A stretch of 64,000 bases of DNA, from the NCBI GenBank assembly GCA_002633005.1, contig NMRA01000189.1, forward strand, positions 162,264 to 226,263, given 5' to 3'. The position numbers and the translations under genes are program-made. Below, piece by piece: positions 26,023-38,622 of this stretch. Each line of letters opens with the position of its first letter. Within the stretch, counting starts at the first letter, position 1. This stretch comes from Phoronis australis (taxonomy: Eukaryota; Animalia; Phoronida). The notes beneath the pieces are model-generated. The model was not told where the DNA came from. It saw only the letters and a program-made list of their open reading frames with translations, and made no database searches.

Positions 26023-29000
26023 TCATTTACCTATCAAATAATACTTGACTTCTAATCATTGCTTAAGGCTGTTTAACCTTGGTCCTATCCCTTTAAGACT
26101 AGCAATGAATCTTACTCTTTGTGTCAGTAAACTTTGTTTTCTGACAACTACTTAAATTAAGTACATATCTAGATAATAAAATATGCGGAAAAGACATGTT
26201 CAATTTCAGATAAGTATAATTAAGTTGAATATTTTTTCAAAGGATTCCTGTGTTTCTACGAATGGTCTAATTTTTACGCAATATTTTTACGAGAGCTGTG
26301 AAGTAAAATTTGCTGGCATCGAGTCATTTAGCAGAGCAAAGCCCCTCTCGTCTCTGACATTTTGTTCTAAATTATTCTGCCTTTGCAAGAACACAAGTGA
26401 AATAAAACTGGTGCAGTCAAAAACAGTCATTAAATACATGCTCAAGTGAATGCGTTCCTGGAGAAATATAATTACCACTGGGGGGCGCTATTCCCTCATC
26501 TCGTTCAAGGCATCAAAAGAATGAGCAAACAATGATTACAATGTTAAATCTGAGGACGAACTGAACATAGCAGCTTAGTTATTTTTCGCCTAGGGACAAA
26601 TTAAACATTTTTGCATTCTTGTTAGTCAAAGAAGAATGTAAATACTTAAGTTATCTGTAAGGAGTTGGGGAAAATGTATCGGTAGCTATGTAGCATATCT
26701 GCATAAGTACAAAGCCATGTATAGATCGACGTAACAGATTTAATCAAATAAAGGAATTACTTGTATTACTATGCTTTCTGAGGACACCCTCAATTTGTTG
26801 AATAAGGTTACAATGAATATAACAACCTTAGAAAGCTAGAAATTGTTGAAATGTATACATTGCTGTGTCCCTATTGTCATCATTTGCCAAATCTTATTGT
26901 AACAGGATGTGCATACATGTGGACAAGAAAGCCTACATTGTTTACTCCAGAGTATTCAACAAATTCCTCACTATATCAAAAGCTTGATGGTGCCCTCATG
27001 GGTTGAAGTCAGCTAGTTACTATTTTTGAGTTTAGCTGAACCTGTATTGCTGTGATAATCTGACTCGTCTGTTAGTGTTGGAGGTTGGTTCAAAGTCAAA
27101 ATACAAACAATAAGTAAGGCTATTGAATATCATAACTGTTTTTTAAATTGTATAGTAAATAGTAGCGGTCTTTGAATTTTTAAAACCGAGGCATTATCAG
27201 AGCAATTAGCGAATAGGTTTTCTTCGGCATTTCGGCTAAACCGCAAGCATTAATTTGTGAATTGATTAGGACGGTTTAGTCGCAGTCTGGCTAATGCTTA
27301 GGCTTTAGGGTAACAAAAACCCCAACTGTCAGCGTTGGAGTTGTATCATGATACGGCCCATCTACGAATTCAATATTTTGACTGTTACGTAACCTTTACT
27401 TCCCCCTCCGTCTCTGAATGATGGACTGCATATTCCATGCTTACCTTTGCACTTTACCTAATTAAATGTTCTGTGGCATTGAAAATCTGAATAGTATGAT
27501 CATCCAGGGTACATTCTGTTCCTGTAGCCTGAGTTTGGATCTACCATAAGTCCCGTTTAGACATCAACTTTTGGCCCAGCGCAACTGACAGGGAGCAAAT
27601 TGATCGGTGTCAAGCGGCCGTTTGCACACACAACTCACTAACTGTGGCAAGATGGAAGTTGTAGGCTGGACAGTAGAACGCACATGCGCAGGTTTACAAA
27701 TGGTGGGAGTTGCAGAGACAGAGAACCTGTATGTAGGTCATTGCACATGCACAGTAGAGATGATCTTTTCTGCCTTGCCCAAGTTTCGCCAATTTAACCG
27801 CCCAGGGCGTTAACCCGAACGATTACGGTATTTTGACTGCAGAGAATTTCAGCTCCAAAGTCTGAAAGTGCATACAACTCACTTACCCATGGCCATAGAC
27901 TACTACATTGTCAGTATATTCCACTAGTGCTTAATTTGACTTTGTATTCTAGACTAGATCATGATAGTGTGAATTTCTTGACTCCAGGAGAATCGTACTA
28001 ATTCAGTCTGAAGCATTCGTACAACCTACTACCTGGCGGAGCCCGGCCTGGCTTGCGCGAACATCTGTTAGCTTCGCTGGCACAAGATGAACACATTAAT
28101 TAGCCCAGCATGCCTTGAATAGGTGAAATTCGTGTGACAAAGAGGTTAAAAAATACTGCGTCATGCTCCTAACACTACAATTTTTTCCCATTGCTAACAT
28201 TCAGCTCATAGACTCACAGTCACTACACTTGCTTTATCAATCCAGTTCATACCATTCCCCTGGGGTGTAAAAATCAAGAAATTTCCACTATCATCTAATC
28301 TATAATCACCCTGGATTAAACTTGTCAAGCAAGCCTTTTGTGTTGGTACACAATACTCTTGTTAAGCTGGTCAGAGCTTACAGTCACCCAAAGGAATCAA
28401 CAGGTTAGAGTAAGTCTAATTTCTCTGAAAGTCCACTGTTTTTCTCCATTCAAAGTTTTTTGGTGAAAGTATTTCCAACAAAACACATCTGCTGCAGGAC
28501 ATTTGTTGAAAGTCATTTGTAAATAGTATTTTTAAATAAGGGTTATTGGCAGGGGTGCTGTTTACAACATAATTGTTAGATTATGTGAGTATCAGATGAA
28601 AGCAGACAATAAGAGAGCTGGACTACGTAAACATTGGTTTGCCACTGTCAAACTGATGACACAGCTGTATCCCAACTGGCCTGGCCGATCAGTCATTCGG
28701 GATACTCATTCCACTGCGCGGGCGTGTAATGCGCAGAATTTTTATATTTAGACAACAGAGGTTTAGATTGCAAATTTTTGTCACATTTTAAAATATAATT
28801 TGCCAAATAATTGAAAATCAAAGTCAATTTAGCAAGTGATTATTTTCCCGGTGAAGTGACATGACAACTGCAAAGGAATTACTTCGCCAGTTGTCGTGTT
28901 CCGGCAGCAAACGCCCAAACGCAGGTGCGCTTTTAATTGCAATTCAGGTGAGATAAAACATGTTTTAGTTTGTTGAAACATTGCTGTGTGTGGATCTTTT

Positions 29001-32000
29001 TTTCTACTTTACATTTTTTAACAGCCAGTAAAACTGGTGCCTATTTGCTGCCAAGTATGTGGAAGTGCGCTCACGGCGCCCGGGTAGTCACAAGGCAATT
29101 GATCAGGCTGGTACTTTGCATCAGTTTCACAATGTGGCAATAGAAATAAGACGTTTGCCGATGTAGAAAAGTTTTCCTCAAATTTATTACCAGAATGGGT
29201 ACTTAGCTGAAATTTGACATGGGCCTCGGAATGAGTCAGGGTTGACCTCAGTAGCTGAGTGTTGGCTGCAGATGCCACATATTCACAAACTTATTACTGC
29301 ATTAAATACCATTTGTCAAAATTTCAACTATAAATAATCAAATTTGCATAAAAAGAACCAACATGACAATCAAAAACAACCAAACAAAATTACACATTTA
29401 CGCTCAGGATGATATCAATACGTTTTCAATGACAACATGACCATCACTCAGGAATAGTACCTTAACTGATGCACAAGAACTCGGGTCATGAAAATAGACG
29501 GTAATATAGTCGATGACTTTCTGACCTCAGCCGAGGTACAAATTGCGCTCGTGAAAAAGGCTTTACTTTGATAACAGAAAGGAAGTGAACATTATGCCAT
29601 GTTACATATTACTTAATGTAGTATGTATTTTTAAGTTTTTTAACTAGATTGCCCTGTTGAGATGAGGACCTAAACAGTTACTCAGTTGGTAATATTGTGA
29701 AGGTTGATAGTTGCACTGAAAGATACAGCAGAGATTGACAGAATCACCTGTTATGATAATTAGTGGGTGTTAGAATTACCCTAACCTACTTACTGCCACT
29801 TGATTACCCTGATTTCAGATGCACTTTACACTGACAGCTGAGTTGCTTTTTAAAGACTATATTAAACAATTTAATTGTTTAGCAAAATTTTCTTTATCAT
29901 TAACAAAATGTAGTCTGGTAATTTTGAAATCTGGATTATATTACTTGAGATGATGGTTACTTTTAGGGTTTGTACACACAGATAACAGAGTCTTTACATA
30001 CTTGAGACACGTTTTGTTTAAAAACGATTCGACATTGATCGTTAGATAATTCCTTTCTGCATTTCCCGTATTGTCTGAGAATACTTATGTGTTGCAGAGA
30101 GACACTTAGCTGCCGAATTATACTAACTTGAGGCAATAAATCTCCAACAAGTTTCGGTTTTGTTATTGCCCTTTGCACGGGTGGGTTTAAGCCTTCCCTG
30201 CAGAAATGACCAGTCGAAGAGAAAGACAGTGCAAACGTGCCAATAGTACAATCCTGGACAGAGCTCTCCTTTTCCATGGAGGTAGAAAAGTACATCACGT
30301 GACTGACTTTGTTTTCAAAGTGTGTAACACTCCTGAGTTGATTTAAAGAAGGGAAGCTCATTGATCTTGCCATTTTTGACAAACTGTTGGTATCTGTATT
30401 GCAACTCAAAGAGAAATGACACAAGTTTGCCTCATAACATTGGTGAATGATATAATTATTAGTAACTTAGACATTTGTACGTGAAGACATTAGACATATG
30501 TGTTGTAAATATGTCAGAATGAGAGTTGTGTTATACGATATTTCACAACAGGCGTATTGGTTAAATTAGTACCATAACGAGGCTAGGTATGAGCTCCGTT
30601 CTTTTCTGACTCATGATTGGTCATAGAAATGATGGCGAGTAACTTAGCAACGAAGTCTGGCGCTCCCATCAAGGGCACAGATTGGTCGTCTCGTCACAGT
30701 AATTCTATCATATTTTTAATTCCATGTTGATGTCTCCTGAATAATGGCAACATGTTTATAATCTCATTGTCTACAGATACTGGGCTGTTGTTAGTTTGTA
30801 GTAAATGCACAGCACCAAGCGACACCTATCAGGCAAGTCAAATCACATGACTTTTCAAATAAGGAATTGAATAGTCATAACTGTACTATTGGCTTGCACA
30901 AAGTCAACTGCATGTCGGAGGCGGGAATGAAGCTAGCCTATTGGTTCAAAACTTGTGGTTGTCTCCCCCCTCGTGACATCCTGGATAGGCTGCTGCTGTC
31001 ATCTAATTCACCATACCCCCACCAAATTTCACAAACCCTGAAAGTGCTTTAAGCCAACCTTGTGTCAAAGAAATTACAACTTTCCATTTAGACTACATCT
31101 ACTCAGATATACTTGTTCTTCTCAAAAGAGAAGTGACTTGTGACAAAGATTTAGTATCTTTACTTGAGGGATTGACAGGTACTCACGGCAAGTCTGCACA
31201 TTTTTAGCAGTCATCTCATTTCGCACACCACAATTTTTTTTAAAAATAACATTTCGTTCCTCGCATATTTTGCAAGAGGTTACTTGGAGGGAAGTTCTTG
31301 CCTCGCCTAATTCGCACACAGTCAAATTTGTACTTTGGAAAATATCAACACAAAGCCCAGTCATTAATTCTAGTAATACACACCTCTTTAGCTGTTATAA
31401 TAAAGTCTGAATATTGTATATTCACCGCTTAATTTATCCATTTATTGGAGATATCTCATCCTGTTGTTTACACCTGGTGACCTGGACAAAGAATGTCTGT
31501 CAATCAGTCATATGCTTAAAAGAGTGTTTCACCAATGATGTGGTAAAGTACACTTACGTGGGAGCAGGATAATGCAACTTAATTACTATTAAGTGGGTCA
31601 TGTAGCTGCATTTTGCTGGTACTAGACTAATCTAGGTTAATTCCTCTCACCTACCAGTTACCAAGTCTGTGTATTCAGTTTATTTTACACACCTCCATTG
31701 TCAGGAAAGTGTATTCAATTAATGTGTTGATACACAGACCATGTCCCCCCCATAAATCACCTGTTGTAACAAGACAGCTTTTGGTGACTTGTCTCTCTGG
31801 AGCAATATCTGAATGACAAATCTTCTCAGGCCCAGAAATTGATGATGTCATTTCAATTGGTCCAAGTCATAAGATAGCATGATTACCCACACTATTGAAA
31901 GTTAACGGTAGTCTTTGCTGGGACCCTGCACCTCTTTGGCTTCAACCTTTAGCTACGGAGACGATTGTTGAAAATGTCTTAGCTATTACCATTTCTGCTC

Positions 32001-33132
32001 ATTTGGAGACAGTGTTGACATCCTCCATTCAATCCCAGACAAATAAATTGATTGATCGGTGATTTCAATTAATTTACTCATTTTCTGACTATTTTACGTT
32101 TTCTACTTCACTTTATTCGTTAAGAAATTGGTTAATGAGTTAATAAATTGTTGTAGCCAAAAGTCACACTGCGCATCAAGCAAGCAATCCGTGTGGGGTT
32201 GTAATCTGCAAACACAAGATTCTTGCAAAAACGCAAGATCACTCTAGAGTTGGCGAGATATCATCAAGGTTTACAACTTAGCATGTGATCACATTTAATC
32301 TTTTCTTGCAAAGGTCTTGGGTCTGTACTGGGAACCGATATTAGTTCCTTGGTCTACATTCACAAATCGCATAAATCCGAAGCCACTTTAACTTCCATTG
32401 AAGACTCATCGTCTAACCTTCTAGTACTTAACTTCACAATTTTTACTAAGAATTTATTTGTGAATACCAAAATATATTGTGTTTTGGTTATGGCAAGTGC
32501 AAATGGAGTTTTGGAGATTATTTTAATTTAGAAATTAACCCTTCATTTTGTTATTCTGAAGCCTGACGGATGATTTGGGGGCAATTTTTATTTCATCACT
32601 ATGACACATTCAGAAAGTGTATCAATTGTGTAGATCAAACCCATGTACCTATACAAATTACTTGCGTAAAATAGATTAACAGGTTTTTCAAATAAACCCT
32701 ATGAACGAAGCTTGCCTTATCCATTACTAAATGGTAGATTTGACGTGCTTTCAATTACTTTCGACATAAACTGTTTATCTGAAGAGTATTAAGAATGAAA
32801 AAAGACTCACAAACAGCCGGTTTAAGACATGCTGTATTATATAAATGATAGTGTAAATGTAGGGTGAGTGCTAATGCAATGTGAGCGATGGATTTTGTCA
32901 GTAATGAATTTTATGAGCAATGAACGTTTTGAAAAATTAATTCAGACAGTAGCTCACCAGCCTAAATAGGCGCATTTACATTGAAAAGAAAGGCTTTCTT
33001 CTTCCAGGATTATTCCATGATGTTAGACAATATTAAGATATACCAGTGTTTGCTTTGGGTTGTTTTAAAATCACATGTATACCGCATTAGACTTGGTGGA
33101 GGGTAGTTTGTTACAACCAGTATCTACTCCTG

Positions 33133-33533
33133 GGCCCGGTCTCCAATCTTTTTACTCGAAATGGAACTCGAAATCAGGTTTGGCATTTTCTACTCTACTT
33201 TTGGGCGAACTCAAGATAAGTGTCTATTATTCTATGCTCGAGTACACAATGACTTACATAGATAATTTATTGCCCTTAGTTCACAGTTTGTAAACCCAAT
33301 ATTAAAGCAATAAGTTTGAGTTTGAACTCGAAATTTCGAGTTTTTACTCGAGTTTGTAGCACGAATATAAGGGCCTTCAAGGGCAAACTTGAACTAGAAA
33401 CTCCTATGCATAAACTATAATGTATTCGAGCACAGTCTGATAACCAATTATCTTAAGCTCGCACAAAAGGAGCAGAGAAATTGCCAAAAATATTTTCGAG
33501 TTCGTTTCGAGTACAAAGATTAGAGACCGGGCC
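33133..33533. mobile_element. PIF/Harbinger-like MITE (401 bp) with CTG target-site duplication
   Basis: Terminal inverted repeats (TIRs) GGCCCGGTCTCCAATCTTTTTACTCGAAATGGAACTCGAAA / TTTCGAGTTCGTTTCGAGTACAAAGATTAGAGACCGGGCC, with imperfect symmetry extending further in. Flanked by CTG on both sides (33130-33132, 33534-33536). Confidence 0.85.
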
Positions 33534-34930
33534 CTGGTGTGTTTGTAAAAACTTAGTTTTTAGTACTCATTTTGGGTATAAGGAATATTGTATTGTAAAA
33601 GAACACACTTATGCTCAACCTAGAAATCCACAAAAATCAATATCATATTAGGTTAGGATTCACACTGGACTTGTGTTGAGGAAGCTTTGCAAAAATGCTT
33701 ATAATTTTCGCTGTGCAAAATAACAAATACTGGATTTTGGGAAAAGCAAACTGAGGCTGTTAAGCAGTAGTACATTGTAATGCTGAAGCTGATTTGATTG
33801 AGAAGTACTTGCAGCTTTGAAAATATTCCAAAAACAATTGTATGTGTACCCAGAATCTGAGGGCAGTGAGATAGATTCCTTTTGATTTTCCGCCAGGCCA
33901 CTTGGCAATACAGATACCACAGACCAGATGTCAGGGTCTGTAAGAACTATAGTAGCATGCAAGGTCTGTAAAGTGGATGACCACATGTCTGCAAGCTTTA
34001 TGTGCAGAACCTTTAGTTGGTGGTCTGTTTATGAGCTCTGCTTTGATATGCAAACAAACTGAAATGATATCCTTTAGTTGCAGTTAAAAAATTCTGCATT
34101 TGTAGGCAAGGCAACACAAAAAATTCAAGACTTGAGATTAGCAAACAGTAGCTTATTCGTGATTAATTAGCAGGTGACTAGCATTATCTAAAACGTGAAA
34201 TAATCCATTGGCTTATCACAAATGCTGAACTAAAATGTGTCTGGAAGAACATGTCGATTTCTTTAGGAAAGGGCAGTGAAAATCCTGTTGACCGAAATAC
34301 TGATACCTGGTTCTGATGGGATTTTCTTTTAAGGTAACTGTCGCTAAGCAACAGATTGGGAATATTCTGCTACTGCTGCCAATGCACTTTTTGCACCCCT
34401 TAGTAAAAAATGAGAAAATGCGCAAATAGTAAGTGTTGTTAGAAGTATGTTCCTACAATTGGGTTATTTTACCACCTGTCTGTTGAAATCAGTCCTGGGA
34501 TTTTCTTGTGAAAATATTCAACACAATGACTATCCTTTCCCTAAGAATAATTTTACAACAAATTTTATTGGTAAATTTGAAGTCATAATTTACGTCATAT
34601 AGTCCTTCTAAGTGGTTATTTTGGTCTGTGTTATTATGATTATAGATTTAAAAAAATTGGTTCAAGTTATTTGATAGCAAAAGTTTGATCCAATATTACA
34701 ACTGAAGTCTTTTTATCAACTGATCCTTGTGAAAACAAACTGAGCTATATTACTTAGTGATGCTTACCGCAAACAATTCAGACTCTGACAGCATTTTAGC
34801 AAAAATATTATTACAAACGTACAAATTCAAGTGCAACTTACCTGAGAGAACAGTTTTCAAATGATTTTTTTATGTAAAAAAAAACACTTGAATAGCAAGG
34901 CATGGCAATGCAATGAAAAATACAACTTAC

Positions 34931-35063
34931 CAAAATCGTTGTTGCAAAATCTATCCTGCAGATGGAATGGTGCACAGTTACATCCATTGCCATAGGTAAC
35001 TGTTGACCATAGAGTGACCAGGGCTATACAGATGGTCACAGCCTCATACATGCTTACACCCAT
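34931..35063 (-). CDS. TIMP: Tissue inhibitor of metalloproteinases (TIMP), first coding exon (signal peptide + start of N-terminal inhibitory domain); partial gene
   Basis: Translates MGVSMYEAVTICIALVTLWSTVTYGNG-CNCAPFHLQDRFCNNDF(G). A hydrophobic signal peptide is followed by the TIMP signature C-x-C-x-P-x-H-x-Q-x-x-F-C-N-x-D (compare human TIMP1 CTCVPPHPQTAFCNSDL). Good Kozak context (caacATGG). The exon ends in phase 1 at a GTAAGT donor (34930-34925), where vertebrate TIMPs also have an intron. It lies antisense inside a synapsin intron. Confidence 0.92.
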
Positions 35064-37550
35064 GTTGCCTAATGCCTTATGCTGTCTTGGGCTATTCTCA
35101 TTGGTTTTTCTTTGAGCAGTCCAGCTGGTGACCTAGTTAGACCCGTATTGACCTATATGTCCGCAGTTGGATACAGTCCAAGTTGTGTGAGATAGCTCAA
35201 GGGTTATCAGTGCATGGGAATTGGGATGACTTGGATATAGGTTGAGCTCAACCAACAGTTATGCAAAAAATGCACGCTGATAACTGCACACCATCGAGAG
35301 GTCAATTTATGTTCACATACTGCACAAGTTTAAATGCAGAATTGGAGGATTTAAAAGTTCATAGTGTGAGATATTGTCTGTCAGTGTTGCGATTTGTCAT
35401 GTGGTTCTTTCATAGGTGTTTGAAATTTTAGAGAACGGCTTTTTTCCAAGATTTATTAGATTAGTGATAAGACATTGTGCTGTAGCATTTTTGCTGTATC
35501 AACTGGATACATTTAAAAGTTATGTAACTTATGCCTTAGCTTCCCTAGAGGCCCCTGTTGCTGTATTTGTTCATGGAGTGTGAATTGTTGTTGCATCACA
35601 TTTTAATTTATTCTCCCGCTCTCATTATTATGTTGATTAGTCACTTGGTCAAGTATGCTGATTTAATAGAAATAAGATGAAGAGATTCAGATGGAGAGTT
35701 CTTTCAGACATTGTGGATTCCTGACCTATTCTCATACCCTGCACATGTTTGGTTGGCCAATGTGGCTCTACCTGTTGTCAAAAGTGGGGCAAGCTGCACC
35801 AGTTTAATTAAGTAGTGTCCAGGGAGTCTTCAAACCTAGAGACAACTTGTTTTAGGAGTAACTTGTTCTAGGTTAAATCTATGTGTGGATGGCACTCAGA
35901 TTGCATCCATTTATAATCTTGATCCTGTCAATGGCTGGTGTTGAAGGCTCTAATAACTCGATCAACAATTTCTGATAAAACTATTTGCCAAATTGCTCTT
36001 TTCAGATTTTAGTCCAGACTCACTCAAACATGGCTGTGTCTCAGCTACTTGGCACAGTTTTTACAAATGCTGTTTCATAGTAGCTTAGGACCCCAACTTG
36101 AGAATGACAAGCTACCTGAATTCAATGCTACTTATTAACTTATCTTTTGTTTAAAAAGTGAGAAAATGAAAATTCTTTTGCCATCATTTATTCATTTTGG
36201 CACTGATTAAGATTTTTCTGAATCATGCAGATTATTTCCAATAGGGTTCAACCACAGTTTAGTAAGCATATTTGGCTATGACTAATATTGCTTTTAAAAC
36301 TGACTAACTGATATTGATTTTGGATAATGCTATTTTTTATGTTGGTGTCAAAATATCTCAAGAAATTTTAAATTTAAAGCCACACCCTTAAGATAAATTT
36401 TACGTCCCCTGAATGTTCACCATGCCGGGAATAATATGCTTACACGAAAGTCCTTCTGAGCGGCTTTTACTGGGATCAAAGACAGCGCGGCGCAAGAGTC
36501 GGACTCAGTTGCGATGACCCCATTTTCCGTTGCGAGCAAGACCCAAGTAAGTGTAATTACCCAACAATAAACTAGTAAACATCCCTGCCTGAACATACTG
36601 GCGAATTTTCAAACTGCATTAACCAACAGTTTTCTTTGAAAACAAATATCACAGTTGTATTCAGATGGAAAAAAAAACGAGTTTGGTTTTTAATTTTTAA
36701 AAATCAACGAACTATTAAGCTAAAAACTACAAACATTGGGTAGGATTGAAGATAAACGACTGTATGCATTGATATACTCGGTGATTTACAAATGCTGATC
36801 AGAGTTAACAAAATCACGTGGATTATTCTTTTAATATACAACTAAGCTACATTGGAATATCTAAAAACAACACTCAGAGACTAAATTAGATGTCAATAAT
36901 TTTTAAAACATCGCTTATGGCCCAATGCATGCCGAACTACTTTACTCCAGGAGTAGTACACTAACCGGAAAACTGCTATTTGCAGAAATGCGCCAATTTC
37001 GATAGTTAGCTTGTAGTTGTAATGGAACACCTGTGAAGACGAATAAGATGGCTAGCTTTCTAGTCAACGAGAGAGTGCAAGCAGTAGATGGGGTTGGTCG
37101 GTGGGCAAGAGCTGTGATTTCTTTTTTATGCCTGAGGAAGAGCTAGAATAGTTATGTATTACTGCAACCAAAACTGTCCAGAGGTTCCAAATCTTCAGTT
37201 TGGCTATCACCGTATTTGCACTTTTGTATATATTTCATGATTTGAGTTCTAATAAAGATTGAACTTGAACTAATGACATGTGTAGATTTGTTTGCTGTGA
37301 CATGTTTGGTGTAGCTGTAATTTGGAAAGTCAGGGATGGCTTCACAATTAAATGACTTCTAAGTTGTTTTGATACTTCGTTTAAACACAAAATAGAAAGA
37401 TAGCAACCCTTATCAGTAAGAAAAAAACAAGTAGACAGGAGCATTAAAGTAAAGTAATGAAAACCGGTATGAAACCAATTTAAAGCAACGCTCCTTTGGG
37501 AAGTGGCCCTTTGTCAAGATCAATGCAAATTGACTTTTTAGTCTTTTTGT

Positions 37551-37727
37551 CTGTGCAAATGCCAGAGAAAAATAATTTGGGTGTAATAACAACCACCATT
37601 GTTAAGAAAGTAGTGCTAGCTATTACCTTTCCACTTCATTAGCTCAGATCTATATCAGTACAGAGGGCGTGCTGAATAGGCATCATAAAAGTTGTCCAGT
37701 GACCACTGTAAGCCAGAAATTCTCCAC
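37551..37727 (+). repeat. Dispersed repeat family B, copy 1
   Basis: ctgtgcaaatgcca…gttaagaaagta…ctagctattacctt.ccacttcattag…gctgaataggcatcataaaag…gaaattctccac is the reverse complement of 59739-59934. Confidence 0.85.
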
Positions 37728-38181
37728 AGGACATTTGACCACCATCCAGCCTGTTGTTTTGGTGAATATACGCGTGACAAGTGCTGAGATTGCTTCAGAA
37801 GTACCAATGGAAAACATTTACTCGCTTAGCGATACAGTTCTTTGTGTACAGTTGAACATCCCAGGTGACAATAATTATTCCATTTCTCTGATGAGTGCTT
37901 TCCACGTTATTGTCTCAGAAATGAAATTGCAATTGATTTTTGTAAAGTACTCAAAAAGTGTGTGTACTTTATTGTTTCTATGAAATGTAACAAATGAAGA
38001 TAGCGTGTACATGCAGGGGTTCAGTTGGTAATTCTAATCATTTGCAATTAAAGGTATTCAACAATGGGGAAGACAAAGTAATGTATTAACACAGTGCAGC
38101 TTTGCAGTGGCTTTGAAATTTGGAATATTAAGAGGACTGTTTAAGGCCCCCTTTCAGTGGATTACATTGGTATAAAGATTA

Positions 38182-38622
38182 CCGTATTCGCCGTAATAAC
38201 CGCCCATGCCCCTATAAGCGCCCCCCACACGTTTTCAGACTTTGCTAAAATAAGTGCCCAGTCCATGAACGTGTACGTGCAAAAAATGCTTTACCTACAG
38301 TCTTAAAATTCTACAGTAACGTCTTCAATTTATCAATAATATCCGACAGTCCTGAAAAAATCATTGTGCGCAGAATTTGTAGACCACGAGCCTTGCCGCT
38401 ATGTCGGTATTTAGTCGTGACTATACAATACAATGCACCACGGTTTTGTAGAAAGTCTTTTCATAGATTACAGATACGTCTCAGAGCGTAAATATGATGA
38501 ATCTTAGCTTCCGATTTCACCCGTTTTGGAGACCAGGTTTCAACGGCCTTGGGTTATAATAAGCGACCCCCCCTGAAACGAACTTTTCTAAGCACCCTGG
38601 GCGGTTATTATGGCGAATACAG
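38182..38622. mobile_element. Tc1/mariner-superfamily (Tc2-like, CCGTA-ended) MITE, short copy (441 bp)
   Basis: TIRs CCGTATTCGCCGTAATAACCGCCC / GGGCGGTTATTATGGCGAATACAG, with TA on both flanks. A second copy lies at 46411-47469. Confidence 0.9.

Noticed and set aside
29963-30424. 153-aa minus-strand ORF, the longest non-repetitive ORF
   Set aside because: No recognisable domain, non-ATG start and no clear splice signals.
31122-31364. ORF containing CGV…EYL as a candidate TIMP exon
   Set aside because: Spacing and flanking residues do not fit TIMP (no YT motif, no YLxxG), and the nearby donor falls before EYL.
34857-34930. C-terminal part (KLYFSLHCH…) of ORF 34857..35063
   Set aside because: Intron read-through past the GTAAGT donor; not part of the TIMP protein.
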